From: a virus | Taxonomy: Duplodnaviria > Heunggongvirae > Uroviricota > Caudoviricetes | Direction: 5' to 3' (one strand) | DNA: 64,000 nt | IMG/VR virus record: IMGVR_UViG_2645727901_000008 | Shown: positions 35,802-45,987 of the stretch, piece after piece | Layout of the letters: each line of letters opens with the position of its first letter | Numbering within the stretch: the first letter of the stretch is position 1 | Made by a program: the position numbers and the translations under genes | Notes under the pieces: model-generated | Told to the model about the DNA's origin: nothing | The model's input: only the letters and a program-made list of their open reading frames with translations | Database searches by the model: none

Positions 35802-38800
35802 TTAGGCCGCATCGGCGATTATTTTACGCAATTCATCTACCGAGTAACGCGTAGATACCATCCATGCAGGACGGTCAAAGTTCACATCAGCAACCGGGTT
35901 TGCTTCAAAATTCCAGAAACGCCCGCCAATCTTCTTAATCGCGTCTTTGGCGTTCCGTATTGTCGAGGAACCAGGTTGGTCGGCAATGAGATAAACCGCA
36001 CCGACGTCCTCGCTGACACTCCACCAGCGCCCGCGAACACGCGCCTTAGCGCGAATCGGCTTATCATTAACCACAATGATATAGTCATCATTCGCCGCTT
36101 CATCAGCTCTGGCTTCAGCCACTGCCGCCTGCTCTTCTCTTTTGCTTTCAGCCTGTTCAAGCCTTTCCGCGATCTCTGATTCGGTGGCCCCGCCGTTTTT
36201 CAGCGATACATAGTCTTGCCACGTTGCTGATTTGAGCGCATCCGGCAACTCATTCACATAGTCACCGTCTTTCAACTCACGGGCGCGGCGGGTAGCCATT
36301 TCTACCAGGCGATTAACAGAAACAGCATCAGCAAAATCGTCCTTACTAATGTGTTTTTCATCAAATGCATTGATGACAGCCCCCACCTTAATCCACTGCG
36401 CTGCTGGCGAATCCAGAGGATTATCGGCCTGAACAATGGCTAATTTCGCTCCATCGACACCATTATTAGCCAGCTGCTCCAATGCCGACCAGCCATCGGC
36501 ATCGCTGAGTGATTTATATTGCTCAAACAATGCATCGCGCCAGGCCACCAGCGCAGCTCGTGTTTTCTCAATTTTCGCCGTAATTTTCGCGGCCTTCACC
36601 TGATTAAACATCCGTTCAATGTCATCAGTGTTGCTAAAGGCTTTCATCCTGCCCTGGAATAAACGGTATGCCACCACGGTCTTCCAGAAAGATTCCAGCC
36701 CTTCTCCGGACGGTTTACGGAACAGGCTAAGAATATCTTCAGAAGTAACTTTATTAAGTGAGCGACCGGACAAACCACGCCCTGCCATCCAGTTTTCAAA
36801 CTCCTGGGAAACATCATCCATCGTGGCCTGTGACCCCCATGCCTGCATTCCCTGGATGTAATCATATCCATACAATGCCTGGAGGAATCCCTCGCCGTCC
36901 ACGACATTCAGCGGGTTATCACTGGCTTGTATTTTTGCCACTTCACGCTTCAGCGCCTCATCGTTGCCATCAGGGTAAATCCACCGCTCAGGCGCTATAT
37001 CCGATGCTCGCCCGATTTTTTGACCTATTACGCCATCATAAGCCGATGACAGTGCAATCTGACCATCATCGGTGCGATAAGCCCAGTATTTAATAGCTGA
37101 ACCACCGCCCCATACTCTACTAGGCTTCCCGGCAGTGACATTCATTACCCCATTGCGAATAGCATCATAGAACTGATCGCGCGTAAGTGTTGTTGATAGC
37201 TGGTGGCATTGAACACCACGTGCAGCTGTTTCACGCGATTCTGCAACTCCCTCTTCAAAGGTTACCGATTCAATTATCAGGTTAAAGGGCAAAAATAATG
37301 CCGTCCCCGGAGAACGAGAGTAACGACTAGCCACATCCAGCCAGGATATGCGGCACGTACACCCGCCCCTTTCCGCATCAATGGCGGTAACACGAACAAT
37401 TGCTGTCGTATTGTGATTCTCATCGATGATCGCGCGATAATGGCTGCCCTTGTGCAACAAGATATTTTTCTCAGTGCGTACATACTCCTGTGGGTTCTGC
37501 AATACATCGGCATCAAGCTCCAGAACCCCGGCTTTAATCGCACGTTCCAGATCACCACGAGAACGTTTCATAACGGTGTCAGCGTCTTTAGCTCTGGTGA
37601 TCGCAAAGCGTAGCTCCCGCACACGTTTTCTGTAGTCTCGCAACTGTTCCAGAACATATTTCTGCCCGTTCCTGTTCGTCCCCGCTTTAATCAGGTCGTC
37701 AAGATTGCGCTGGTAATGCTCTACCTGCTCCATCGCGCTTTTCAGTTCTGTCTCCATCATGCCGATATCTTTCCCGGCAGCATTCGCCGCTTTCAGGTAG
37801 TTATCGAGAGCATTATTGGCTTCGCGTAGGGCTTTCAGTTTCAGACGTTCTTCACGCTCTTGCGCCTGACGACTCATGATTGCACGGCGTTCTTCCGGAT
37901 TTGCCGCCAGCATAATGGCGCGTTCATCTGCGTCATCCGCATCACCATTGGCGATCTCTGACATGTCGGAGGTCATCACCATATTGATCCAGTCCTTCTT
38001 ACGTTTCAGCGTATCCAGACGGAAGTCATCAAATGTGCCTTTGCCACAATAGTAGTGAACATTGACCTTTTCTTGTGGTGAGCCTACCCGAGCGCCGCGC
38101 CCATTACGTTGGTCGATACTGGCAGGAGTCCAGGGTAGTGTCAGATGGTGGATATCGGTTGTCCCGATGTGCAAGTTAATACCTACTTCAGCCTTCTTGT
38201 TACAGATTATGATGCGCGTGCGACCTTCGTTATAGTCGGCGGCAATACCTTCCATGCCCTCAAGGCCAGCATCATTTTTAGCTGAGAGATAATCCTCATA
38301 TTGGGCAAGTTTGCTGTAGTAGGTTTCCCATGCACCTTCTTTGTATTCACCGTTTTTATTTGGCGTAGGTTCAGTCGGCTTATTCACCTTCTTCAGCTTG
38401 ACGCCGCCAGCCTGGCTAACTGTCGTCGCATTGATAATGCCTATCTCCTGCTCCGGCATTTGCAGTGCACTGGCAATAATACGGCGCAGCTTCTGGTGCT
38501 GGGCTTTTTCATCAATGAAGACGATTTGTTTACCGTTCTTCAGACCTTCACGAAGGTTTTCGATCAGCGCGGCATACTTCGGCGGGATGGGGTGTGATAC
38601 CTGCTGCATATCAATACCGGCAGCCGCAATGGCCTTCAGTATTTCAGCTTCCAGTTCAATGCCAGCACGTATTTCAACATGCGACGGATGTTCGCTAAAG
38701 GTGGTCTTCACTACCTTGCTGGCACGCGTACTGACCAGCCCACCAGCGCCATCTTCTTCGGCCTCGTCTACATCATCTGCCACTTTACCGCCAGCTACTT

Positions 38801-41800
38801 TTGGCAGGGCATCAGCAATAGCTTTTACCTTGTCTGCAAGCTCAACGGGGAACTGGAATGTAATCGCACTGGCATACAGATCAGGATCTATAGCAACCTT
38901 ATCCATGTCGCGGATGATGGAGAAGATGAAATCATCCGGTTTTTCGTTTGTGATATGCCCGTTTTCATCGACCGTCAGCGCATCTTTACTACTTAACTCC
39001 TGTGCACGCTTACGAAGTTCTTCGTAAATGGCCTCTTGCTCTCCTGTCATCGGGATCTGCAAGGTATTCTCGACAATATCAGGGATTTTTACCGTCGCCC
39101 CGACGTCCGCAGCAGTCTTCAGAGTAGTCCAGCGATGGAAAATACCACGCAGACCATCCAGGTTCTGGAAGCCCACCAGTCCCTGCTTCTCTTCCACCTC
39201 ACCGGAAATTTTCTGAACCTGAACTGTGGCTGTTTTACCGAACACGCGAACGAAATCATCCGGCGTAACAATACCCATGCGCATCCACTCTTCCTGCGGA
39301 ATGACAGTAGACAGCATGTTGAAAGCATCAATCGGGCTGTTCACCAGCGGTGTTGCCGTCAGCATAACCACACCACGCCCGTTGTTGCGTTTCATCATGT
39401 ACGCAGCTTTTACAGCCATGTCGCGGGCCATTTTGGATACTGCCGGGTTAGGCAAATATGCCAGTTGCCCCGCTTCGCGCCCGGCGCTAAAGGAGTTGCG
39501 GTAGTTATGCCCTTCGTCGGCAATTACGCTATCGAAGTTCATATCCTCAAAGTACGGGATATTCTGCTTCTTCGTTGTACCGGTATTTGCGGCCTGGTCC
39601 TTAATCTTGTTCTTCTTCTGCGCGTCACGGTGTTTGCCAGATGCCAGGTCAAGACGCCCCATTTCCACAGCATTAAAGACCGCTTGCTGTGAGTTTTCCT
39701 CAATGGTTTCTTCTCGTAGCGGGATAGACGCGAATTGCTCTTTTGTCATGATGACCGTTCGCCAATTTGACGACGGGATCATGTTCATGCGCTGAACGAT
39801 AACGGCGCTGGCGGACTCTTTCACAACATTTCTGGTAAGAGCCTGCCCGTTACTGTCGAGGCGTGGTTCGCCATTTTCATCAAGCACCGGCGCGGTCAGA
39901 ATATTTCCGCTGTCATCACGAACTTCATCCAAACCGATAAACATCATATTGGCGAAGGCATCAGAACTGTAGAAACTCTGTGCCTCGTGATACCAGTTCT
40001 GATAAACCGCCTTCGGAACAACAATACACGTGCGTTTAGTGCGACCTGTTTCGAAGTTATACGCCTCAAGCGCAAGCGCGGTCGTGGTTTTACCCAGCCC
40101 GGTGCCAAATCCCATGATGCCGCGCCCATCTTCTGATAAGCGACGAACTTCTTCATTCTGATAAGTCAGAGGAATGCGCTTCCCACTAATCCCCTCCAGG
40201 CCAAGCGGTGCGTCAGAATGCGTAAACGGGATGAAGCCATTAAATGCGTCGTTATAGTCGCGGGCTATCTGATCAGCCTGCGGGTGAGTGCGTAACCAGT
40301 CGTTGAAGCTAATTTCCAGTTGAGCAATCTTATCCAGGTACTCGTTAGCGTTCTGCCCACGCGGTTTAATGCCGTTCAGGTAGTTTTCTAACTGGTTCAG
40401 GAAGCCGTCTTTATTGTTGGCCTTCTTGAACTCATTCCCGTTTTTGCCGTTTACGGTTCGTAGTTGATAGCCAGTAAATACCCCGTCCTTACCTTCGTAA
40501 TCGTCCGGAGATACCAGAATGCCGTCCTCAACCTTAAGGTCGGGTTCTGTATACTTAAACTCGTCATAGCCCTGCTCTGCCAGGAACTCTTTTATCAAGC
40601 GGCGATCCAGCCAGCGGGCGTTCAGATTAACGGTGACTTTATTTAGTGGCGTGAAAATGCGTTTCTCTTCGATTTTCGCCAACTGACGCTCAAAGTTCGC
40701 TTTCTGCTCACCTGTTGACGCATCACGCCAGCCCACCAGCAATGCTGTTTTGGTTGCAATATCGCCGCTGGTGGCGCGGTCCATCGGCAGCAGGCAGCCA
40801 TACCCATCAATAGCGATATCATCAAATTTCGCCAGGTATTCCAGAGCAGCATCGTCGTCTCCTGGCAGTTCGCCAGCAAACGCCTCACGAAAATCGTCCA
40901 GTGTGATTGGATTAAGTGCCACGTCACTGAAAAGGTGGGTTACAACTTGTTCCGGGCGTGTAAAGTCAATACCGGCAGCACCATCCGTTACATCAAGTCG
41001 TCCAGCAAGGAGGTCAGAAGCAGAGCCGTCCTGTTTCACGTTGCCAGTGAAAGTCATCCAGTTTTTAGCGCCAGCTTCAGCAATCCCATTCAGCTTAATC
41101 GCGTGCGGCGGACCATACTTCGCAATTTCGGCTTCCGCCAGGCGCGCGGCATCAGCAAGTACATCATCAACATTTTCCCCCAGATTACGCTTATCAAGCG
41201 CCTTGTTGATCAACTGCCCTATCAGTGCGCCGCGCATAACGCGTTCTCTGTCTTTTTCTCTCTGCTTGCCAGCAAAGCGAATCATTGCCGCTACTTCATC
41301 ACTGATAACCGATGGATAGTCGGACGCGATCGCCGATATCTGGTCCCATGACAACGCCAGAATGCCATTTGTTGACTGAAACGCGATCTGCAGATCACCA
41401 AACGTCGTAACACCATATCGATTTACATCAAGCGCGGAGGATTTGGTTGTCGCGTCCTTGACCCATTTCAGACCATCAAACTCATGCCAGATGCCGCCTA
41501 CAAGGCGTTTATCGCCCACTTTCGCGCCCTGCCATGCCTGAGTAGTTACGCCAAGCAAATCCCAATTAATGCGGCTTTCAAAGCGGCGCGATAGAGCGGT
41601 TTTCATCGACTCATTGGATACACGACCGTCCTTTTTCACCACCAGGGTATTGCGGAAGCTGGTACGCTCCATATCGCCGTAAACAAATCGCTTCCCTTCG
41701 GTTGTAAACCATTTTCCTTTGAGGAAGGTATCCCAAAGGACGTTTGCCGATTTGAGCGTTGCATCATCCGTGTCGGGGATCATCTCCAGGAAGGTTTCCG

Positions 41801-42641
41801 GGTGTTTACGCAATACCCATACGTCCACCACGGTATCTGTACCGGATTCGCTGAACGTACCAGAAGGCATACGATGTGCGCCCAAAAATTCCGCTTTACG
41901 GCTGACTTTATCGCGCAATTTTTTGTATTTCGTACCATCGGTCATGCCATTCGGCACCACCAATACAATTAGTCCACCAGGTTTAACCTTGTCGATCGTG
42001 CGCAACACAAAGTAATTGCCAACGTTCTTCTCGTTTGCATATGCCGGATCAAGCCCGGCAACGCCGGAACGCCCTTCACCAAACGGTACGTTACCAACAG
42101 CGTGGTCATACATTGCGTCTTTCGCCGCCAGCGCCTCAAACGCCCCGATATTCACATCGTCTTCCGGGTGCAAAAGCTGGTTTATTCGACCGGAAATCGG
42201 AGACAGTTCGGCGCTGGTCATTATCATGCCCTGCCGTTTTGTCTCCTGGAAAATACCTGTGCCCGCTGATGGTTCCAGTACGTGCCCACCATCAATACCG
42301 TAGTCAGCAAACAGATCCCATATACCTTCAGCCATAAACTGTGGCGTGTAGTATTCGTATTGGCTGCCCTCACCATCTGTCAGGCCGCCTTCACCGGTAT
42401 ACCCGGCAAGAATCTGACGTTGTTCGTCAGTTAATTTCGCCCCATCGAAGCCGGGCGGAAGGGAATTAAGAAGATTTACTGCGGCATTGTTTGCTGCCCG
42501 GCGTGTTTTCTGAATACTGACGCCATCGGCTTTCCTGACGCCAAAGGTCGCAACAGCACGTAATTTATGCAACCGACTAACAATTTCAATCAGTTCGCCT
42601 AAGCTGGAGGCTTCACTGATTGAATGAAGTAGTTTGTCCAA
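35802..42641 (-). CDS. darB: giant DarB-like protein: N-terminal SAM-dependent DNA methyltransferase domain plus SF2 (DExH) helicase domain
   Basis: 2279 aa; MTase motif I VLEPSAGTGIF and NVPFG; helicase Walker A GFGTGLGKTT, motif II VIADEGHNYRN, motif VI RNGRGARVG; size and architecture match P1 DarB. Confidence 0.8.
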   Translation of the reverse strand: MDKLLHSISEASSLGELIEIVSRLHKLRAVATFGVRKADGVSIQKTRRAANNAAVNLLNSLPPGFDGAKLTDEQRQILAGYTGEGGLTDGEGSQYEYYTPQFMAEGIWDLFADYGIDGGHVLEPSAGTGIFQETKRQGMIMTSAELSPISGRINQLLHPEDDVNIGAFEALAAKDAMYDHAVGNVPFGEGRSGVAGLDPAYANEKNVGNYFVLRTIDKVKPGGLIVLVVPNGMTDGTKYKKLRDKVSRKAEFLGAHRMPSGTFSESGTDTVVDVWVLRKHPETFLEMIPDTDDATLKSANVLWDTFLKGKWFTTEGKRFVYGDMERTSFRNTLVVKKDGRVSNESMKTALSRRFESRINWDLLGVTTQAWQGAKVGDKRLVGGIWHEFDGLKWVKDATTKSSALDVNRYGVTTFGDLQIAFQSTNGILALSWDQISAIASDYPSVISDEVAAMIRFAGKQREKDRERVMRGALIGQLINKALDKRNLGENVDDVLADAARLAEAEIAKYGPPHAIKLNGIAEAGAKNWMTFTGNVKQDGSASDLLAGRLDVTDGAAGIDFTRPEQVVTHLFSDVALNPITLDDFREAFAGELPGDDDAALEYLAKFDDIAIDGYGCLLPMDRATSGDIATKTALLVGWRDASTGEQKANFERQLAKIEEKRIFTPLNKVTVNLNARWLDRRLIKEFLAEQGYDEFKYTEPDLKVEDGILVSPDDYEGKDGVFTGYQLRTVNGKNGNEFKKANNKDGFLNQLENYLNGIKPRGQNANEYLDKIAQLEISFNDWLRTHPQADQIARDYNDAFNGFIPFTHSDAPLGLEGISGKRIPLTYQNEEVRRLSEDGRGIMGFGTGLGKTTTALALEAYNFETGRTKRTCIVVPKAVYQNWYHEAQSFYSSDAFANMMFIGLDEVRDDSGNILTAPVLDENGEPRLDSNGQALTRNVVKESASAVIVQRMNMIPSSNWRTVIMTKEQFASIPLREETIEENSQQAVFNAVEMGRLDLASGKHRDAQKKNKIKDQAANTGTTKKQNIPYFEDMNFDSVIADEGHNYRNSFSAGREAGQLAYLPNPAVSKMARDMAVKAAYMMKRNNGRGVVMLTATPLVNSPIDAFNMLSTVIPQEEWMRMGIVTPDDFVRVFGKTATVQVQKISGEVEEKQGLVGFQNLDGLRGIFHRWTTLKTAADVGATVKIPDIVENTLQIPMTGEQEAIYEELRKRAQELSSKDALTVDENGHITNEKPDDFIFSIIRDMDKVAIDPDLYASAITFQFPVELADKVKAIADALPKVAGGKVADDVDEAEEDGAGGLVSTRASKVVKTTFSEHPSHVEIRAGIELEAEILKAIAAAGIDMQQVSHPIPPKYAALIENLREGLKNGKQIVFIDEKAQHQKLRRIIASALQMPEQEIGIINATTVSQAGGVKLKKVNKPTEPTPNKNGEYKEGAWETYYSKLAQYEDYLSAKNDAGLEGMEGIAADYNEGRTRIIICNKKAEVGINLHIGTTDIHHLTLPWTPASIDQRNGRGARVGSPQEKVNVHYYCGKGTFDDFRLDTLKRKKDWINMVMTSDMSEIANGDADDADERAIMLAANPEERRAIMSRQAQEREERLKLKALREANNALDNYLKAANAAGKDIGMMETELKSAMEQVEHYQRNLDDLIKAGTNRNGQKYVLEQLRDYRKRVRELRFAITRAKDADTVMKRSRGDLERAIKAGVLELDADVLQNPQEYVRTEKNILLHKGSHYRAIIDENHNTTAIVRVTAIDAERGGCTCRISWLDVASRYSRSPGTALFLPFNLIIESVTFEEGVAESRETAARGVQCHQLSTTLTRDQFYDAIRNGVMNVTAGKPSRVWGGGSAIKYWAYRTDDGQIALSSAYDGVIGQKIGRASDIAPERWIYPDGNDEALKREVAKIQASDNPLNVVDGEGFLQALYGYDYIQGMQAWGSQATMDDVSQEFENWMAGRGLSGRSLNKVTSEDILSLFRKPSGEGLESFWKTVVAYRLFQGRMKAFSNTDDIERMFNQVKAAKITAKIEKTRAALVAWRDALFEQYKSLSDADGWSALEQLANNGVDGAKLAIVQADNPLDSPAAQWIKVGAVINAFDEKHISKDDFADAVSVNRLVEMATRRARELKDGDYVNELPDALKSATWQDYVSLKNGGATESEIAERLEQAESKREEQAAVAEARADEAANDDYIIVVNDKPIRAKARVRGRWWSVSEDVGAVYLIADQPGSSTIRNAKDAIKKIGGRFWNFEANPVADVNFDRPAWMVSTRYSVDELRKIIADAA

Positions 42642-42792
42642 AGGATTTCCCCCTCTAAACCGTAAAAAATTCCGCTATGCGGTACGGTTGAGAGGGTATG
42701 GAGAATGTTATTTTCAGGGGGACGATACTACCGTCAAAATCACATACTCCCCATAGTTTGCCTACTTATTAACCCATGACCGGGAGAAAAAT

Positions 42793-43278
42793 ATGGCAAA
42801 CATTGAACCTCGCTGGCTAATTGAAGCCCGTAAGCACATTGGCCTGACTGAAATAAAAGGCGCTAAACACAACCCTGAAATCGTTCAGTTCTGGCGCGAC
42901 ATCAAGCGCGGCGGAATTAAAGACGATGAAACGCCGTGGTGCGCAGCATTTGTCGGTGCAATGCTGGAACGTGTAGGCATCCGCTCAACAAGATTTGAGT
43001 CGGCAAAATCCTATCTGGATTGGGGCGAGAAATTAGATACACCGGCATACGGATGTATCGTTGTATTTACCCGCGTAGGCGGTGGGCACGTAGGCTTCGT
43101 TGTCGGACGCCGTGCCAATGGCGATCTGCTTGTCCTGGGTGGGAACCAGGGGGATGCTGTTAATATTCGCGCATTCCCAACATCAAGAGTGTCTGGCTAT
43201 CGCTGGCCTGCTGGCGAACCACGCAATACCGCTCTGTTACCAGTCGGAGACGCAGCAACCTCAACTAATGAGGCATGA
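42793..43278 (+). CDS. cell-wall hydrolase-like protein (CHAP / NlpC-P60-like, TIGR02594-type)
   Basis: Cys...His pattern (ETPWCAAFVGA ... GGGHVGFVV); GGAG-type RBS. Confidence 0.55.
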   Translation: MANIEPRWLIEARKHIGLTEIKGAKHNPEIVQFWRDIKRGGIKDDETPWCAAFVGAMLERVGIRSTRFESAKSYLDWGEKLDTPAYGCIVVFTRVGGGHVGFVVGRRANGDLLVLGGNQGDAVNIRAFPTSRVSGYRWPAGEPRNTALLPVGDAATSTNEA

Positions 43279-43281
43279 AAA

Positions 43282-43305
43282 AAGCCCCGGCCAGGCCGGG
43301 GCATC
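43282..43305 (-). terminator. rho-independent terminator
   Basis: GCCCCGGCC-loop-GGCCGGGGC followed on the minus strand by TTTTTT. Confidence 0.5.
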
Positions 43306-43310
43306 ACGCT

Positions 43311-43511
43311 TCAATTCACGATCCAATCATTACCGACTATATCAGCCGTCGATAAATCAACTTCCCGGATCTGGAGTCCATTAATACAAAACCATCCGGT
43401 AGTAGAGTAATTATCAGGCCAGGCCCATACACCAACACTCCATGCTTTACGGCGGCACACTTCAGCCTGTCCTTCCCTGATTTTTTTTACCGCCTGCATG
43501 ATGTCCATCAC
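43311..43511 (-). CDS. DUF2829-like small protein
   Basis: 66 aa; start overlaps the Rha stop (ATGA); CRRKAWSVGVWAWP...GNDWIV. Confidence 0.6.
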   Translation of the reverse strand: MMDIMQAVKKIREGQAEVCRRKAWSVGVWAWPDNYSTTGWFCINGLQIREVDLSTADIVGNDWIVN

Positions 43512-44215
43512 TCACCTCCCCAACCGATCACCTGGAATTGCCCCATTTTGGGGTGATACCAGCGTTTTCCTCGGTGTTCAGCCTCCGACATCATCCGGTT
43601 AAAAGCATTCATGAAGGGAGATAAGGCCACGATGGAACGACGCGACAATACCCCCTCTGGAGTTAAAAACTCATGTGTATCGGTGGGGATCCGGTAAGCG
43701 TTAACCAGGTTGCGACATTTGGCTTCGGTCAGGCCGCATTTTGCCGCCAGCTGGCGGTAGCCAATGTAACCTTCCGGCATGTTGCCCTTCTTGATTTGCT
43801 CGACGGTTTCTACCACCTGGCTAACCTTTGACTCAACAACATGAAGCCGCTTTTGCTGCTGAACTGCATTTGCAGCCATTGCGGCGATCATCTCTATTTC
43901 GGTCAACGGCTGGCGTGCTTGTTCTTCCAGTTCGCGCCAGCGGTCCACCAGCCGGGCGGTGAATTCGGGAGAGAGCTGCGCGACGACGATAATGCTATCG
44001 CGCTTGCCTTGCTCGCCTTCGAAGACGTAAGCCTCAACACTACGTCGTAGTCCTAAGTTATTGATTTTTTCGAAAACCTCAATTTGAGGACGAACAATAA
44101 CGCCACCTTTGTCTAATGTCTCAATAGTGCGTTTCACATTGTCATGACGTTTTCCCACCAGCTCCGCGATCTCAATGCTGGTCATTGATGGCTTTTCGAG
44201 AATGCAGATATCCAT
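43508..44215 (-). CDS. Rha-family phage regulatory protein (antirepressor-like), copy 2
   Basis: 235 aa; shares segments of 90-98% nucleotide identity with 5362..6288. Confidence 0.8.
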   Translation of the reverse strand: MDICILEKPSMTSIEIAELVGKRHDNVKRTIETLDKGGVIVRPQIEVFEKINNLGLRRSVEAYVFEGEQGKRDSIIVVAQLSPEFTARLVDRWRELEEQARQPLTEIEMIAAMAANAVQQQKRLHVVESKVSQVVETVEQIKKGNMPEGYIGYRQLAAKCGLTEAKCRNLVNAYRIPTDTHEFLTPEGVLSRRSIVALSPFMNAFNRMMSEAEHRGKRWYHPKMGQFQVIGWGGE

Positions 44216-44439
44216 CAGTGAGCCTCCGCAATGCCGGGATTGGTAATATTGCGATACCAGGGATTGGTGTTTGGTTGTGGGGAAGTGGAGAAACGACCAG
44301 TGAGAACGCCATACTGATCAGGGATCAGAGAACGGGCTTCTTTTTCAGTTGCGGCAATTGCGAAGTGATCGCAGTGTTTTTGCAGGGAGTGAAAACGCCA
44401 GATGAATTCTGGACGTGAGCAAGGATTGGCATTAACCAT
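44215..44439 (-). CDS. small Icd-like protein, copy 2
   Basis: 74 aa; paralog of 6288..6503; stop overlaps Rha start. Confidence 0.6.
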   Translation of the reverse strand: MVNANPCSRPEFIWRFHSLQKHCDHFAIAATEKEARSLIPDQYGVLTGRFSTSPQPNTNPWYRNITNPGIAEAH

Positions 44440-44570
44440 AGTTACGGCCTCACTAACAGGTTTAACAACCTGCTACCCGCTGCTAAACAGGTGGCAGGAC
44501 GTGACGGGGTTAGCAGACTGGCGTTAGTGAAACCAGCAGGCCGAAGCCTCCCCATCACGCCCCACCATAA
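44440..44570 (-). ncRNA. candidate c4-like antisense/leader RNA region (copy 2)
   Basis: Minus-strand RNA has UUCACUAAC (about 44523-44531) complementary to GUUAGUGAGG spanning the icd-like SD (about 44448-44457), and CUGCUAACC pairing with GUUUAGCAG. Confidence 0.3.
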
Positions 44571-44785
44571 TTTGGGCGTAACGCGGTTTTACGGACACAA
44601 AAATACCGCAATATCGGATATCTGCGGTTGTCCGCACTAACATTCAGGCTGCTAAACCCGGTCGCAGAATTTGCTACGACGACATGAATATAAGCCTGAA
44701 AACATGGAAGATCAACTAAAAATTTCAGCAATAGATGACTTCAGTCGATGATGCAGATCATACATTCCGATTTAGAAACGGCAAA

Positions 44786-44805
44786 TTAATTTTCTAACAC
44801 AAAAT
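44786..44805 (-). promoter_or_regulatory. operator-like motif copy with inverted partner (TTAGAAA-N12-TTTCTAA)
   Basis: atTTAGAAAcggcaaattaaTTTTCTAACACaaaatg. Confidence 0.4.
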
Positions 44806-44853
44806 GTCGAGCGAGCATTTTCCGATCATTGGGATGTTTTGTAGACGCACAGG

Positions 44854-45816
44854 TCACCCCCTAAAGCCAGCCGGGATTGACCAATCCTCACGGTCAAATT
44901 CAGACCGATAGCCACGCTGTTTCATCAGGTCAAAGGCTTCACCAATGGTTGCACACCCCTGGGAGCCAGAATAATCCATTGAGAAATCCAGGGCACTGGA
45001 TTGTTTAGGCTTATTCACTGCGGTAGCGGCACTACGTATCCATGCAAATTTTTTTGCCAGCTTTTCAGCGGTACGATACAGAGCCTGCCGTTTTGTGTGC
45101 CCCTCGTCTGAACGACGCTTTGCAGCTCTCGCTTTTGCCGCCGCCAGGCAGTGGTTGGTCTGTTCTTCCCTGATTACTGTTTTTTTATCCAGCACCCCGT
45201 TATCCGTTTGAGAACTATCTGCTGGTGAAGCCTTTGGCTGAACCGCGCATGATCTTTCTCTTCTTTTGGCTATAGAGTGACTCTTATTTTCTATTGGCTG
45301 TTCATTTTGAACATGGGGGGACTTGTTCAATTTGAACAGGGGGTTCCCAGTTTCAAAAAAATAACGAACCTTTGAAATCAACTGCTTAACCAGTTTTGTG
45401 GCGTTGGCAAATTTGATGCCCTGCTTACCCCCTATCTCCATTGCTACATGAATGAAGTGGAGAAATTGTGTCGTAAACCGATATACGTTACACACCTGGG
45501 CATTGTTATTCGCTACCTGATGTTGCTTAACAAGCATTCCGCACTTCGTCGCTTCAGCAAATGCCCGGCGTACAGTAGAAATACTGCGTCCTGTAATCTC
45601 GGACATATCAGCATATGAGCGACGGATCATGTATTCATCGGTAGACCCTGCCAGGTTGGCGAACTCGGCAATAATGGCGCTATGTGAAGGGGAAAGAAGA
45701 CCGCTATGACGAGCAAAAAAACTCAACTGATGACCTTTGATTTTTTTGTGGTATTCAGTGTTGTTTTTATACTCAGAAGTGTTGAAAGTTACTGAAACTG
45801 AATTTAAAATATTCAT
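44854..45816 (-). CDS. hypothetical DNA-binding protein (possible replication/regulatory protein)
   Basis: 320 aa; HTH-like stretch SISTVRRAFAEATKCGMLV; basic C-terminal half. Confidence 0.55.
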   Translation of the reverse strand: MNILNSVSVTFNTSEYKNNTEYHKKIKGHQLSFFARHSGLLSPSHSAIIAEFANLAGSTDEYMIRRSYADMSEITGRSISTVRRAFAEATKCGMLVKQHQVANNNAQVCNVYRFTTQFLHFIHVAMEIGGKQGIKFANATKLVKQLISKVRYFFETGNPLFKLNKSPHVQNEQPIENKSHSIAKRRERSCAVQPKASPADSSQTDNGVLDKKTVIREEQTNHCLAAAKARAAKRRSDEGHTKRQALYRTAEKLAKKFAWIRSAATAVNKPKQSSALDFSMDYSGSQGCATIGEAFDLMKQRGYRSEFDREDWSIPAGFRG

Positions 45817-45879
45817 CAGATAGTTCCGTGCAAAAATCTATCTACCGTATAAATCTATGCCAGTGGATTTATACACCAA

Positions 45880-45912
45880 AAAGCCGCTTCTCAGCGGCTT
45901 TTGCTTTTTTTG
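45880..45912. terminator. bidirectional rho-independent terminator
   Basis: AAAAAGCCGC-TTCTCA-GCGGCTTTTGCTTTTTTT. Confidence 0.5.
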
Positions 45913-45987
45913 GCAGTCGCTACCGGAGCAGTGACCGCGATCCTACTCAATCACATCGGACAGGATCAACAGTGTATATAAATACAC

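Noticed and set aside
35882-42337. Many track ORFs on the plus strand, and short ones on the minus strand, inside the DarB-like gene (for example 38341..39027, 40750..41319, 39036..39692)
   Set aside because: They lie antisense or out of frame within a 6.8-kb gene that has coherent MTase and helicase motifs; they are low-complexity and Ser/Ala/Arg-rich and lack RBSs, so they are judged spurious.
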